This document shows positions 49,330 to 62,007 of a stretch of 64,000 nucleotides of DNA, one piece after another. Origin of the DNA: Fonticula alba ATCC 38817 (lineage: Eukaryota > Protista > Nucleariida); NCBI GenBank assembly GCA_000388065.2, contig KB932209.1; one strand, 5' to 3'. The position numbers and the translations under genes were made by a program. Each line of letters starts with the position of its first letter. Within the stretch, counting starts at the first letter, position 1. The notes beneath the pieces were generated by a model. It had not been told where the DNA came from. It made no database searches and saw only the letters and a list, made by a program, of their open reading frames with translations.

Positions 49330-52300
49330 TCAGTAGGGGTTGGAGAGCTTGTAGCGCCAAGTACGAATGTCCATCGGGCGCATCAACACACTGAGGGGGT
49401 TCTGCGCAACATGCACGCTGCCGGAATCGTCGGCCCACTGTGGCCGGACATAATGATCGGCCGTGTTGATGCCACACAGATCGAGCTCCTCGCTCAGGGA
49501 GTAGCCGAAGTCCAGGACCTGGGTGGCATCGATCTGTGTATGTATGGATGTAAGGATGTATGGATGTATGGTTATGGATGTGTGTGTGTGTGTGTGTGTG
49601 TGTGGGTGCACGCATATCGATGTGCGTGTCGACGTGCGCGTCGAGGCGTATGTGCCAGTGTTTTCCGAAGAAGAGAAGGGGTGAGGGCAGCGTGATTAGC
49701 CCCGGTCCTGGCGTGTGTGCCATGCGAGAGGCAGGCAAAGTAGAAGCAAAAAAGAGGCGAAGGGACGGGGGAATGTGGGGCACCAGCTCTCAAACGCACC
49801 ACCTCCTCTGGGAGACCAGCATCCACCTCGAAGATGTTCTGCAAGCGCAGAAGCCCGGTGCGCCAGTGCGCCGATGCGTCCGCCTTGACGGTGAGCAGGT
49901 GCACACTGTCCGGCAGGGGGGCCTGGAGCATGGAGAACACCGGGGTGTCAACCTCCCAGACGGTGGCATTGGCCGCGGCCGGGCCGCACGCAGCCAACAG
50001 TGGGGGGAACATGTTGATGATGTTCAGCTGCGCGCGGGTCCGATCCATGGAGACATTGCCGGTCCGGTGCATGGTCAGCCGCGACCGGATGACCGACCGA
50101 TCATTCAGGGCCTCGGCCACACCACGGCCATCGTCACGCGAGCACCGCCGGTGGAGCATGAACTCCGCGGCACCGGGCCCAAGCGAGGCGCCGGCCACCG
50201 CGCGGTCAGTCAGGAAGGCCACCGAGGTGCCATCCGCCTCCGACCGGAGGACCGCCTGCGACACGATCGGGTAGAAGTGCTTCTGGGGGGCGGAGCTATG
50301 GGCATGAAGGCGAGGGCAGGTTGCATGAGTACCGGCTGGGGGCGGAGGTGTGTGTGTGTGTGGGGGGGGGGGGAGGGGGGGGGGCAAGGCCAAAGGGAAA
50401 AGGCGAGGGAGGTGGCCAGACAGAAGCCGCAAGACGGGACAGCGCAGGCAACGATCCCACGAAAAAAGCAGGGACATATGGTCTGCGGTCGGACGCATGG
50501 GCAGGTGCATGGAGGAACATACCCGTCGTATGGCCGGCGAGCATGCATCTCCAGGGCATTGTTGTCCGAGATGAACACCGTGTCGGCCAGATCGGTGGCG
50601 ATGTGCACGACCACCTCCGTGTTGTAGGGGATCTCACCAAGGCGCGAGTCCACATGAACCTGGGCCTGATCGGCGACCGAGCCGACATGGTGCAGGCGCA
50701 GGGCGAGGACATGCTCGCGGTTGTGGAAGGCCCGAACCTCGGAGAAGACCGGGCCCTCGACGAGGGTAACCTCGGTATACCGGTCCAGCGGGAGGTGAAT
50801 ATCCTCCATGGGCCGGAAGATGTAGGCGCCCTGTGTGTTCGTGTGGGCATATGCAATGCACGCATGCACATGTGTGTTGCCATGGGTCAGTGAAGGGGAA
50901 AAGGGGCGAGAGGGCCCCAAAGTGGAGGGGCGACAGGGCGATGGCCACGGTCACGCACGGAATTCTGCTGCTGGGTGGAGACACTCCGGTAGAAGCGCAG
51001 CTCGGCGGCGAACTTGCTCACGGTCTGGCCAGCGGTCCCAAGGAGATCCGTCTGGACGATGGCCAGATTGCGCTGGCCCGGGGTCACGGCCAGGCTGATG
51101 GCCTCGTTGCGCAAAGTGAGCGGGGTATCGGCATTCAGGACGCTGCGCGGCTCGGACACCTGGTCCAGGGGGCTAGGGGGTGCGAGATGCCAGGGGGGTC
51201 AGCGGCGTGTGCACACGAAATGCATGACGGTGTCCATGGGGGCAGAGGGATGCGGGGGGGGGGGGGGGGGAAAGAAAGAAGGACGCCAGCACGTACGCAA
51301 TCTCCACAAAGTACACCCGGTAGCCGGCGGCCGGCAGGCGCGCCTCGAAGGCCAGCTCGTACGGCAGACGCCCAAGGGATGGCTCGTCGAAGAGGGCCGG
51401 GATGACCTGGCTCGGGACCAGAGCCCCATCAGCATCACGCACCACGACATCCGACCGATCGAGGGGGAGGGTGTGCACCGTGTGCCGGGGCCAGGCCAGG
51501 CTATTGGCGATGACCACAGGCACCACTCCGCCCGGGGCCAAGCGGTCCAGGCGCCCGGCCAGATCCAAATCCATGAGCTGGGCAGGGGTGGCATCGCCGC
51601 CCAGCAGGACGGCCAGCGTGTTGGCGAACACCCGGCGGGTGGAGGGCTCGGCCTCGGCGAAGGCCTGCACATAGTCCTCCATGACGTAGGCCTTGGAGGT
51701 GCCGGTCACGGCATCGTGGTGCTGGGCCACAGCATGGGCCTGGCGCAGGGGAGACACATGGGTCGAGGGGACCTGGTGCTGGAAGCGGGCCGGGCCGACC
51801 TGGGCCGCGGCCGCCTGCGACAGCATATCCACGGCGCGCATCTCGCCCTCGGTGGTCCGGACCAGGCGCTTGAACTGCGGGTACGAGGTGAAGTACCCGG
51901 TCCACCAGGAGAGCTCATTATCGGCATAGGGATAGAAGTCCCCGGTGAAGAGGGGCCAAGTGACGGCCGTCTCGCGGGCCAGCGCCTCAAAGTAGTCCGA
52001 CAGGGTGGAGTAGCGGATCCGCACGCCGAGCTGCTCGCTGAGGTGCACACCCGACGGCGGGGGGAGATGCGAAGGGGGGAGGGGCGAGTCAGGGATGGAT
52101 CATTTTTTTTCCCCCTCCCGGAGGCATGGAGCCAGGCACAGGCGAAAGGTGGCCGACCCACAGTGAGGGTGGTCGTACGAGTTGGCATTGATGTAGTCAA
52201 TCAACAAGTCCCAGCTGTCAAACTGGGCGTGGGCATTCTGGTAGCGGAAGTCATCGCCAGCCGGGATGAGGAGGTGCTGGGTGCGATAGCCGGCAGCGCG

Positions 52301-55300
52301 GCGGGCAAATTCCCGGACCAGGGTGCTTTTTGGTGGTGGTGGTGGTGGTGGTGGTGTGAGCAGCTGGCGGGCGGGGAGGGGGAGGGGGGGGGGGAGGAGG
52401 GAGCAGCAGGGGTGCCAGGGGCCTGGAGGGGGCGTACTTGGCCTTGGAGGCGACATTGTGCGGCGTGATGGGCTGGTCGCGCTCGAAGTCGAAGCCAGAC
52501 GGCGAGGAGTAGTGGTCACTCAGGACGTGAGTGAAGAGCTCGACCTCGGCGCCGAGGGACTTGGATCCGCTGTGTTGGCCAAGCACCGGCGGGGGGCGGA
52601 TGGGGGAGACCGTGAGTGGAGGAGTGGATGTTTTGGGCCTTGCTTTTTTCTTTTTGCCCATCAACGGGTCTCACAGCACGAGGGGGAGAGACCCGGGCAT
52701 TCTCACGAGGAGGAGAGGGGAAACATACCGCCAGACGAACTCCATGTGCTGGGTGGCCTTGAAGAGGTCCTTGTCGGAGTAGGTGATGCGATTGATGACG
52801 CCGCCCTTGAAGCCCATCTTGGCAAAGAGGGTCGGGTAGACGGCCGACAGGCCGAAGGGGTCTGTGTGCAGTGCCAAAAGGAATGACGTGTGAGCAGCCA
52901 CAGGCGGGCCGTGCTTGGGGAGCACCCCGGAGGAGGGAGGGGGGGGGGGCGCACCGATGTTCCAGCTGGTGACGGGCACCACGCCCAGGGTCTCGTAGAG
53001 CCACTGCAGGCCCTCGGTCATCTGGTCGATGTTGGCCGAGTAGGTGGGGTTGGCATTGTCGCTCATGACCCACCCAGCCAGGATGAACTCCATCNNNNNN
53101 NNNNGTGCACACGAAATGCATGACGGTGTCCATGGGGGCAGAGGGATGCGGGGGGGGGGGGGGGGGAAAGAAAGAAGGACGCCAGCACGTACGCAATCTC
53201 CACAAAGTACACCCGGTAGCCGGCGGCCGGCAGGCGCGCCTCGAAGGCCAGCTCGTACGGCAGACGCCCAAGGGATGGCTCGTCGAAGAGGGCCGGGATG
53301 ACCTGGCTCGGGACCAGAGCCCCATCAGCATCACGCACCACGACATCCGACCGATCGAGGGGGAGGGTGTGCACCGTGTGCCGGGGCCAGGCCAGGCTAT
53401 TGGCGATGACCACAGGCACCACTCCGCCCGGGGCCAAGCGGTCCAGGCGCCCGGCCAGATCCAAATCCATGAGCTGGGCAGGGGTGGCATCGCCGCCCAG
53501 CAGGACGGCCAGCGTGTTGGCGAACACCCGGCGGGTGGAGGGCTCGGCCTCGGCGAAGGCCTGCACATAGTCCTCCATGACGTAGGCCTTGGAGGTGCCG
53601 GTCACGGCATCGTGGTGCTGGGCCACAGCATGGGCCTGGCGCAGGGGAGACACATGGGTCGAGGGGACCTGGTGCTGGAAGCGGGCCGGGCCGACCTGGG
53701 CCGCGGCCGCCTGCGACAGCATATCCACGGCGCGCATCTCGCCCTCGGTGGTCCGGACCAGGCGCTTGAACTGCGGGTACGAGGTGAAGTACCCGGTCCA
53801 CCAGGAGAGCTCATTATCGGCATAGGGATAGAAGTCCCCGGTGAAGAGGGGCCAAGTGACGGCCGTCTCGCGGGCCAGCGCCTCAAAGTAGTCCGACAGG
53901 GTGGAGTAGCGGATCCGCACGCCGAGCTGCTCGCTGAGGTGCACACCCGACGGCGGGGGGAGATGCGAAGGGGGGAGGGGCGAGTCAGGGATGGATCATT
54001 TTTTTTCCCCCTCCCGGAGGCATGGAGCCAGGCACAGGCGAAAGGTGGCCGACCCACAGTGAGGGTGGTCGTACGAGTTGGCATTGATGTAGTCAATCAA
54101 CAAGTCCCAGCTGTCAAACTGGGCGTGGGCATTCTGGTAGCGGAAGTCATCGCCAGCCGGGATGAGGAGGTGCTGGGTGCGATAGCCGGCAGCGCGGCGG
54201 GCAAATTCCCGGACCAGGGTGCTTTTTGGTGGTGGTGGTGGTGGTGGTGGTGTGAGCAGCTGGCGGGCGGGGAGGGGGAGGGGGGGGGGGAGGAGGGAGC
54301 AGCAGGGGTGCCAGGGGCCTGGAGGGGGCGTACTTGGCCTTGGAGGCGACATTGTGCGGCGTGATGGGCTGGTCGCGCTCGAAGTCGAAGCCAGACGGCG
54401 AGGAGTAGTGGTCACTCAGGACGTGAGTGAAGAGCTCGACCTCGGCGCCGAGGGACTTGGATCCGCTGTGTTGGCCAAGCACCGGCGGGGGGCGGATGGG
54501 GGAGACCGTGAGTGGAGGAGTGGATGTTTTGGGCCTTGCTTTTTTCTTTTTGCCCATCAACGGGTCTCACAGCACGAGGGGGAGAGACCCGGGCATTCTC
54601 ACGAGGAGGAGAGGGGAAACATACCGCCAGACGAACTCCATGTGCTGGGTGGCCTTGAAGAGGTCCTTGTCGGAGTAGGTGATGCGATTGATGACGCCGC
54701 CCTTGAAGCCCATCTTGGCAAAGAGGGTCGGGTAGACGGCCGACAGGCCGAAGGGGTCTGTGTGCAGTGCCAAAAGGAATGACGTGTGAGCAGCCACAGG
54801 CGGGCCGTGCTTGGGGAGCACCCCGGAGGAGGGAGGGGGGGGGGGCGCACCGATGTTCCAGCTGGTGACGGGCACCACGCCCAGGGTCTCGTAGGGCCAC
54901 TGCAGGCCCTCGGTCATCTGGTCGATGTTGGCCGAGTAGGTGGGGTTGGCATTGTCGCTCATGACCCACCCAGCCAGGATGAACTCCATCTGTTGCAAGA
55001 GGGGGGGGGAGCGAGAAGGAGTTGGAGGAAGAGGCGGGAGGAAGAGGCGGGAGGAAGAGGCGGGAGGAAGAGGCGGGAGGAAGAGGCGGGAGGAGGGCGT
55101 GTTAGGGAAGGGTGGCAGGTGTGAAAAAGTTGACTTCGGAGGTCTGTCTGCGGGACTTGCCAAGCGTCTGCCGAGCGTGCGTATGTATGTGTGTCGGGGG
55201 GGGGGCGGGGGGGGAGAGAGGAACAGCGACGTACTTGACCATTAGCCACGAAGGAGTGAACCAACTTGCGCTGGGCATCGGTCGCCTCGCGGTACCACCG

Positions 55301-55399
55301 GCTGAAGAAGGCCATTTCCACGACGATGAACTTACGGGAGGGATTGCGCGACAGCGCATCGACCGTGGTGTCGTAGATCTTCTTGACTTGCTACAAATG

Positions 55400-55441
<42 letters not shown>

Positions 55442-55906
55442 ATGGTCAGCAGATGGGTCGTGAGGGGGAGGGGGGGGGGGTAGAGGCGGGGCCAGCAACA
55501 GGCAGGGATCTTGTCCAGAAGGAAGGAGGGATGGAGTCCGGGACGTGGCACTGGCTGCCAGCATGGAGGCACAGGCGAAGCGGGAAGGAAAGCATGCATA
55601 CGTGCACCTCTGCGCGCGATGGAGACGAACCTGGACATAGTACTCGTCGGCGGTCATGCGCCAGCCGACATCATCGTGGCTGTGCGGGACAACCCACACC
55701 TCGAGCGGGACGCGCTCGCCCGAGGAGAGGACCTTACCAACCGGGCCGGAGAGGGGGCCATCCTGGTGGACGACCCGCGCGGAGGAGCTCAGCAGGGAAG
55801 ATTGCGGCACGTACAGAGCGCCCAGGGCCCGAGGCAGGGGAGCCAGCAGGAGGCCGGCCACCCCGAGCAGTGCCAGGAGCAGCACCAGCGGGAAGCGAGC
55901 GGTCAT
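49330..55906 (-). CDS. Secreted/lysosomal alpha-mannosidase, glycoside hydrolase family 38; the middle exon block appears twice in the assembly
   Basis: Signal peptide MTARFPLVLLLALLGVAGLLLA, VWVVPHSHDDVGW, EFILAGWVMSDNA, W.ID|PFGLS, GDDF, YSTLSDYF, GDFYPYAD..WWTGYFTSYPQFK, QHHDAVTGTS, LMRPMDIRTW: all GH38 hallmarks. Confidence 0.93.
51209..54990. repeat. 1,886-bp near-identical direct duplication (51209-53094 and 53105-54990) separated by 10 N
   Basis: ORF track entries repeat at a constant offset of 1896. One substitution was noticed (A52999 vs G54895). Confidence 0.93.
55028..55092 (+). repeat. Intronic minisatellite, 13-nt unit gaagaggcgggag x5
   Basis: Five perfect tandem copies in a mannosidase intron. 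Confidence 0.9.
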
Positions 55907-56630
55907 GCTGAGCAGGAGGGCGAGGAGGAAGGGCAGGGGATGAGCGTGTTTTCTTTTCTATCGAATGGGGGCCTCCCGGGGGGAGGAGCGGAAGGATGCG
56001 CTTCGAAGGCGGACTGGGGGGGAGGGGGGGCGGGGACGGGATGGTGTGCGACCAAGGGGATGGGAGGCGGGGGGGGGGGGGGGGAGAGGGGCGATCTCTG
56101 TCCAGTGGTTGGCCCGGGCTCAAGGTTGCTGGCCCAAGAGGGCCGTGATGCGGGGGGAGGGGGCGCCGCTTGGCCGCGATCTCCCCCCGCTCCAAGCCGC
56201 CCGTACGTCCACACATGTATGTATGTGGGTGGTGGGCTGAGAGGCCGAGGGGCAGGCCCGGGGCAGGCAGGCCGCAGACCACGACGCCTGCGGCCCGAGT
56301 CCGGGGGGGGGGGGGGGGGGGGGGGGGGGTGCACACAAAAACAACACCAGTCTACCGACGCTCACGTTCCGACGGCAGCGGCTGTGTGGTGCACCCGACC
56401 TCGGGAGCTCCCCCCTCTGCCTGGCGGAGCGCGGGGGCGTCAACAGTCTGGCGTGCCCCCGCCCCCCTCCCCACCTGGGCCCGGCATAGGAGAAGACTCG
56501 CTTTTTGGCCCTCGGCTCGTCCCCCCTGCCAGGGAGGAGGAGGGCGGCGCGTCGGAGTTTTTCAAAAGCCCCATGGATTGGGAGTCGGCCCTGTAGCCTG
56601 CTGATGGTGGAGTGTGGGGTTTCTGCTCAT

Positions 56631-56665
<35 letters not shown>

Positions 56666-57673
56666 GGGGGTGGGGGGGGGGGGGGGGGGGGCGGCGCGGA
56701 CTGCCCCTGGCGATCGCTCGAGAGACAGAGAGAGAGACGGAGAGGGAGAGACTTGGGCGCTGATACGGGGGCGTTCCCGACCGCCCCGTGCCCTTCATCC
56801 CGCTGGAAAGTCGTACGGTCTCGGGCTGGCTGGGCCCCGGCCCCACCGGGGCCGCAGTCGAAAATGAACATTTTCACCCGTGTCACATGACTCTAGTCAA
56901 AAATGTCAGTCCGGCTTTGCGGGCCCAGGCCCGCCCTCGCCCGGTGCTTAGTTCCTCTCTCTCCCCAAGCAAGTGTACCTGCTCTCCTCCGTCAAAAAAG
57001 TGGGATGTCTCTTGGCGGCTGACTGTCCTGTCCAGGCCGCGCCGGGTGTGTCTCGTGAGCCTCGCGGCCGATCTCCTTGCCGGGCTCCCTGGCTCTTTCT
57101 CTCTCTCTCTCTCTCGATGTCCCATAGTATTGGTCTGGCCGTCTCTTTTGCCCTTCCAGGGCGGGTGTTTTCCCCCGGCCCCTGGGCGTGCATTGGCGCG
57201 AGGGGGTCTGCCAGGGTACTTGCGCATTTGCGCCCAACACCTTCAATGTGGCCGGGACGTTCTTCCGCCAGAAGAAGAAACGCGCGGGGTGCAGGGGGAG
57301 GGAGGGGGGTGAGACCGTGGGTGGAGGATGCGCCGACCGGCGATCCGCTGGTTGTGGCTCCCCGCCGCACCCCCCCCCCCCCAACCGCTCCCCGGACGGG
57401 GGAGGAGGGGGGAGAGCCGATCGGTCTTGCCTCCAGCGATGTCTGTGGCACGCCTCGGCCCTTCGCTTGGCACGAGATTCCGCCATTGCAAGGAGCCGCA
57501 CCCGGGCGTGCCAATCGGGCCAACTGAACAGCCGGCGCATCGACGAGCCATGCTTAGCCTGCCGACCAGCCGCCTCCATCCTTCCTGTCCCTCCTCCCCC
57601 CCCCGCCCCCCGCCGTTTCTTTCTCTCAGCCCTTCCGCCATTGGTCTGGTCCATCGTTGCCCCGTTGCGCGCC

Positions 57674-58191
57674 ATGTCCTACACGAGTCAGGTTGTCGCC
57701 CTTCTTCCGTGTATCCTTGTTCCTTTGNNNNNNNNNNNNNNNCCCCCCCCATCTCTCACTCTCTCTCTCTCCCGCTCTCGGCTTTGTGGCCCCTCGTTCC
57801 CTCGCAGCAACCGCCGACGGTGCACGTCAAGAATGCCGACATGTCGGACGAATTCCGTGCGGCCGCCTGTGAGGTGGCCATCGAGGCGATAACCTCCTTC
57901 AAGCTTGAGCGCGAAATCGCTGCCCACATCAAGAAGGTGCGTTTTTTTTCCTGGCCTCCTCCCTTTTTTCCCCGCTCAGTTGTCCCTCTTGGCGATTGCT
58001 GCTTTGCCTGTTCTGACCTGTCGCCTGGGCCCATCTCCCGCATGCGTGGGCAGACCTTCGACCAGCGTTACGGCAAGACCTGGCACTGCATCGTCGGCAA
58101 GAGCTTCGGTTCCTATGTGTCGCACGACTCGAGGCACTTCATCTTCATGCAGATCGACCGGCAGAACATCCTTCTCTTCAAGTCCGGTTGA
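57674..58191 (+). CDS. DYNLL1: Dynein light chain LC8 type; exons 57674-57691, 57808-57936, 58054-58191
   Basis: VKNADMSDEF..A...F.LEREIAAHIKK|TFDQRYGKTWHCIVGKSFGSYVSHDSRHFIF..ILLFKSG* is canonical LC8. Confidence 0.94.
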
Positions 58192-58246
58192 TTGGCTGAC
58201 AGGCTGACTGGTTGACTTCTCCCCTGCTTCACAATTCCTTTGATGG

Positions 58247-58283
<37 letters not shown>

Positions 58284-59093
58284 CCTGTCTCTGTCCCTCC
58301 TCGATGTTTTCCCCGTGTCCTCTTGTTCCTGGTCACAATTTAAAAATACAAGCACTCAGTTGTTCTCCCGGTCCTTATTTTCCCCGTCTCCTCTTCTACG
58401 CCTCCTCTTCCGAGCCAGAGAGAGAGCCCCCCTTGGTCTGTTTGCTCGTTTCGGTCTCGCCATGTGTCGGTGCCCTCCGTGCATTTGGTGTTCCCCGCGG
58501 TGCACACACACATGGCGCGGGGGTGACAAATCTAATTTACAGTATATTGTGGCGGTCATCTCTCCACCCGAGAGGAGCGCCCCCCAGGGGAGGGCCACGC
58601 ACAGGATTGTGTGTATGTAAGTGTGTGTGTGTGTGTGTGTGTGAGGATAATGTGAGACGGTGGTGTCACCGGCAGCGCCGCCTCCGGGACGCGACGCGAC
58701 GCGACCAAAGGCGAGGATAGTCCCGACAGCGCCGGGTAAGGGGCACAAGCAGAAGCCGAAAACCACAGCATGGGCACCGCTCCTAGCCTGGCCTGGCCCG
58801 GTGACAAGAGCTCGGGGATCCCAATATGGACAAGAGAAAGCAAGAATATGAAGATGAGGGGGAGGAAGGGGGGGGGGGAGGGGGGGAAGGCGAGGCAGAG
58901 ACAAGTGCCGGGCTCCGACAGGACGAAGACGCGTGTGCGCGCGCCCGCGCCGCTCGGAAAAGGATGGCAAGGCGGGAGGGAGGGGGGCCAAGCGCGATGG
59001 TGAACATGATTCTGTGTGACTGTCACACGCGTGCGCGCCGAGCCCCATCGGAGCCGGCCCGACAGCATCTCGCCACCACCCTGCGAGAGGGCA

Positions 59094-60565
59094 CTACTCC
59101 GGGAAGAGGCTCCACCGGGTGCGCGCGGCCGAGATGGCCATCTCATACAGGAGGAAGTTAATTGCCCCCCGTGGAACGCTGGAGGCCAGCCGAGCGAAGC
59201 AGCCCCGGTAGAAGCCCCCGAGGCCGGCCGTACGCCACAGGTAGCGGACTTGGTGCAGGGCCCCGGTGTTGGGCCGGTGCCGGGGGCCGAGGCTGGCACC
59301 GACGGCCCCGGCGCCATTGCCACCCGAGGCCACCTCCATCGGGCTGCTGTTTGTGGACACGACGCCGGTTTGCACCCGAGCGCGGATGGTATCCACCGGG
59401 GCCAGGACCGCGGCCATGACCCCGCCGGCGATGCCGCCGGACAGGAGATGGTTCGCGAAGTGGTCCTGGTGGATGGGGAGCGACACGCGGGAGAACTCGC
59501 TGACTGCCCACCAGATGGCCGACGCCGGCATGTTGTAGGCACAGGACATGAGGGTGCCGCGCCAGAAGCCGAGAATCCCATCCGCCGCATAGATGGATCG
59601 GACAACCGACACGCCGGTGGGCAGCGGCCGGGTGGCCGGGTGGGCGACGGTGCCGGACCCGGCGCCCGGGGTCAGGGCGCTGGGATTGGCGCCCAGCCCG
59701 GTGGCCTGGGTGCAAGCTGGCGAGAGCAGATCCCCCGCCTGCAGGCGCTGGGAAATGATGTCATTGGGATTGGACAACAGGACGCTGGCCATGTCGGCCA
59801 GGGCGCCGGAGAAGGCGTGTGCCGCGGCGTCGCCGAGCCGCGCCCCGGCCCACCCCCGGCGGCCGGGTCGTCGGTCGCCGGGCGCGACGTCAATTCGGTC
59901 TTGGTCCAGGTGTAGACATACACATAGACCACCCCGCCCGGGACATTGCCAATGGCATTCCAGGTGAAGCCCCGAAAGAGGGCGGTCCCCGCACCGCGGG
60001 CATACTGCAGCGCGGTCGGGACGTCGGCCAGGGCAGCTCGCGCCGAGGTGGCCAGGGCGGTCGAAGGCCCGACCAGGGCCGTCGGGCTGCCAGCCAGGGC
60101 AGCCAGGCGCCGGGCACCGCCAGCGGTGGCCACGGCCCGCAGTTCGGCCCACGTGCCGCCCACACGTCGGGCCATCGGGCCGGCCTCGGAGGCGCAGGAG
60201 ATTTGCTGTCGCGTGCGCACCAAGTCCAGGGGATAGAGCATGGCGATTTCGACCGCGCTCAGCACCGCCGAGGCAAAGAGAAACTTGCCCGGGTGTACGC
60301 CCTCCCCCAGCGAGCCGGATAGGATGCTCGTCGGGGTGCTGCCACTGCCTGGTGCCGGGGTGGGGTTTGGATGTGGGCTCGGAGCCGGGGACTGGAATCT
60401 GGCGGCCTGCAGGGGGTCGATGGCCGAGCCGAGCCCGGCCACCAGGGGGAAGCTCCACCCGGAGGGCGGGGGATCAGTGGCGCCGGGAGGGCGACATGGC
60501 AGGGAAGTGGGCTGCTGGGCGAAGGCCGGCGGCGGGCTCGATTCAGAGGCCGGAGGGTGGAGCAT
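59094..60565 (-). CDS. Mitochondrial carrier (SLC25, SLC25A44-like); start uncertain because of the N gap at 60582-60757; frame change near 59850
   Basis: Three carrier signatures: YPLDLVRTRQQ, NPNDIISQRLQ, APVDTIRARVQ, with LFRGF, GFWRG and GFYRG. Repeat 1 and repeats 2-3 lie in different frames. Confidence 0.85.
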
Positions 60566-62007
60566 TCGCTGGTCGGGCACGNNNNNNNNNNNNNNNNNNN
60601 NNNNNNNNNNNNNNNNNNNNNNNNNNNNNNNNNNNNNNNNNNNNNNNNNNNNNNNNNNNNNNNNNNNNNNNNNNNNNNNNNNNNNNNNNNNNNNNNNNNN
60701 NNNNNNNNNNNNNNNNNNNNNNNNNNNNNNNNNNNNNNNNNNNNNNNNNNNNNNNNNGCACAGGGGCGTCAGGGACTCGGGCGGGGTGGGGGTGGTCGCA
60801 TGCGTGCGCGTGCGCGCCGTAAGTCGGGGGCGAGGGGAGGGAACCGGGGGGGGGGGGGGAAAAAGGGGGGTGCGGCGAGGGCGGCCGGGTGCATGGCGAC
60901 TGGGTCCAGCGGCCAGCCCCCTGCGCGGGCCCGGCTGAAGAGGCTGCCGCGGCGGGCGTGGACGCGTGCTCGGATCGCTCGGTATCGGTGGGATCCTTGG
61001 CCACCCCTGCCCCCGGCCGCCGCCGCCTGTTCTTCCCCCCCCCCCTGGCACATGCTCACCGGGAAGGAGGGAGCATGTGGTGTGCCCGCATGCGGGCGCA
61101 CGCGCCTCGCCCTCCCGCCGCACGCGCGTGCGTGGGGGGTGTCGCGCGGCGGGGGGGACTTTTTTTTTCCGATCAGGAGGGAGTTTGCCGGGGTGCCCGC
61201 CGTCCCCCCCCCCCCCCCCCCCCCCGTGCCCTTTCCCAGCCCTCTCCATCCCGGGAGGAGCGAGCCCACTTCGAGCACATGTCGCCCGGCCCCGGGACGA
61301 GGTGCCTGGTGTTTGCATGGGCCGGGGGAGGGGAGCGGCGGGCCGGGCCCGGGCCGTGTGGCCGCCAGTGCAGGGACCGGTGCCAGACCCCGAGCGCCTC
61401 GAAGGCCGGCCGGTCGCACCCCCCCCCCCCCCCCCCGGTGCCGGGGAACCGGGCGCCGGAGATGCGCCGTGTGCCGCGGCGACCGGGACGCTGGCGCGAG
61501 GGCCGGCCGTCCATGCGGGGCAAATCCCAATGATCGGCGTACCGGCCGGGCGGGAGGCGGGGCGAAAATGCGGGATTTGGGCCATCCCCGGGGGCGAATG
61601 CCAACGGAGGCGGGAAACACGTTTTCACATGCGCGATGCGCCCACCCCGGTCCCCGGGCAGTCGCTAGATCAGCCCGCCAGCCAGGTGCCTACTGTCCCG
61701 GTCTCCTGGGCTGCCCACGGCCGGGAAACTGTCGGGCCCGCCCCCTGGCTGGGGCAGGCCGCCCCGCTGGCATGAGAGCGAGGGAGGGGGGGGGTTGTCC
61801 CTCAAGCTGCCCCTCCTCCTCCGGCGGCAGTGCCAGCTCGCGCGGGGGCTGATCTGAGCCCGCTCCGGTTGGCCCGAGGCGGCCCCGCCCCCACTGGAGC
61901 CATTCCACTTGCCATCCTTCCCCCACACGACCCTGTCCTCTTGCCAGTTTGACTGTTGGCCCGGCTTGGCTTGGCTTTCGGCCTGCTTGTCGATCCGCAC
62001 CTGCCCG

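Noticed and set aside
57188-57300. Protein-like stretches on both strands (FAPNTFNVAGTFFRQKKKR / KNVPATLKVLGANAQVPW)
   Set aside because: They could not be linked into a coherent spliced ORF and have no recognisable homology.
2570-61440. Numerous poly-G/poly-C runs as G-quadruplex regulatory elements
   Set aside because: They are ubiquitous, often adjoin N gaps and have unreliable lengths, so I cannot distinguish function from mutational bias or sequencing noise.
59672-61585. 637-aa ORF as the true N-terminus of the carrier
   Set aside because: The upstream part crosses an N gap, microsatellites and poly-C and looks like promoter or intron sequence. Only the portion from about 60565 onward has carrier features.
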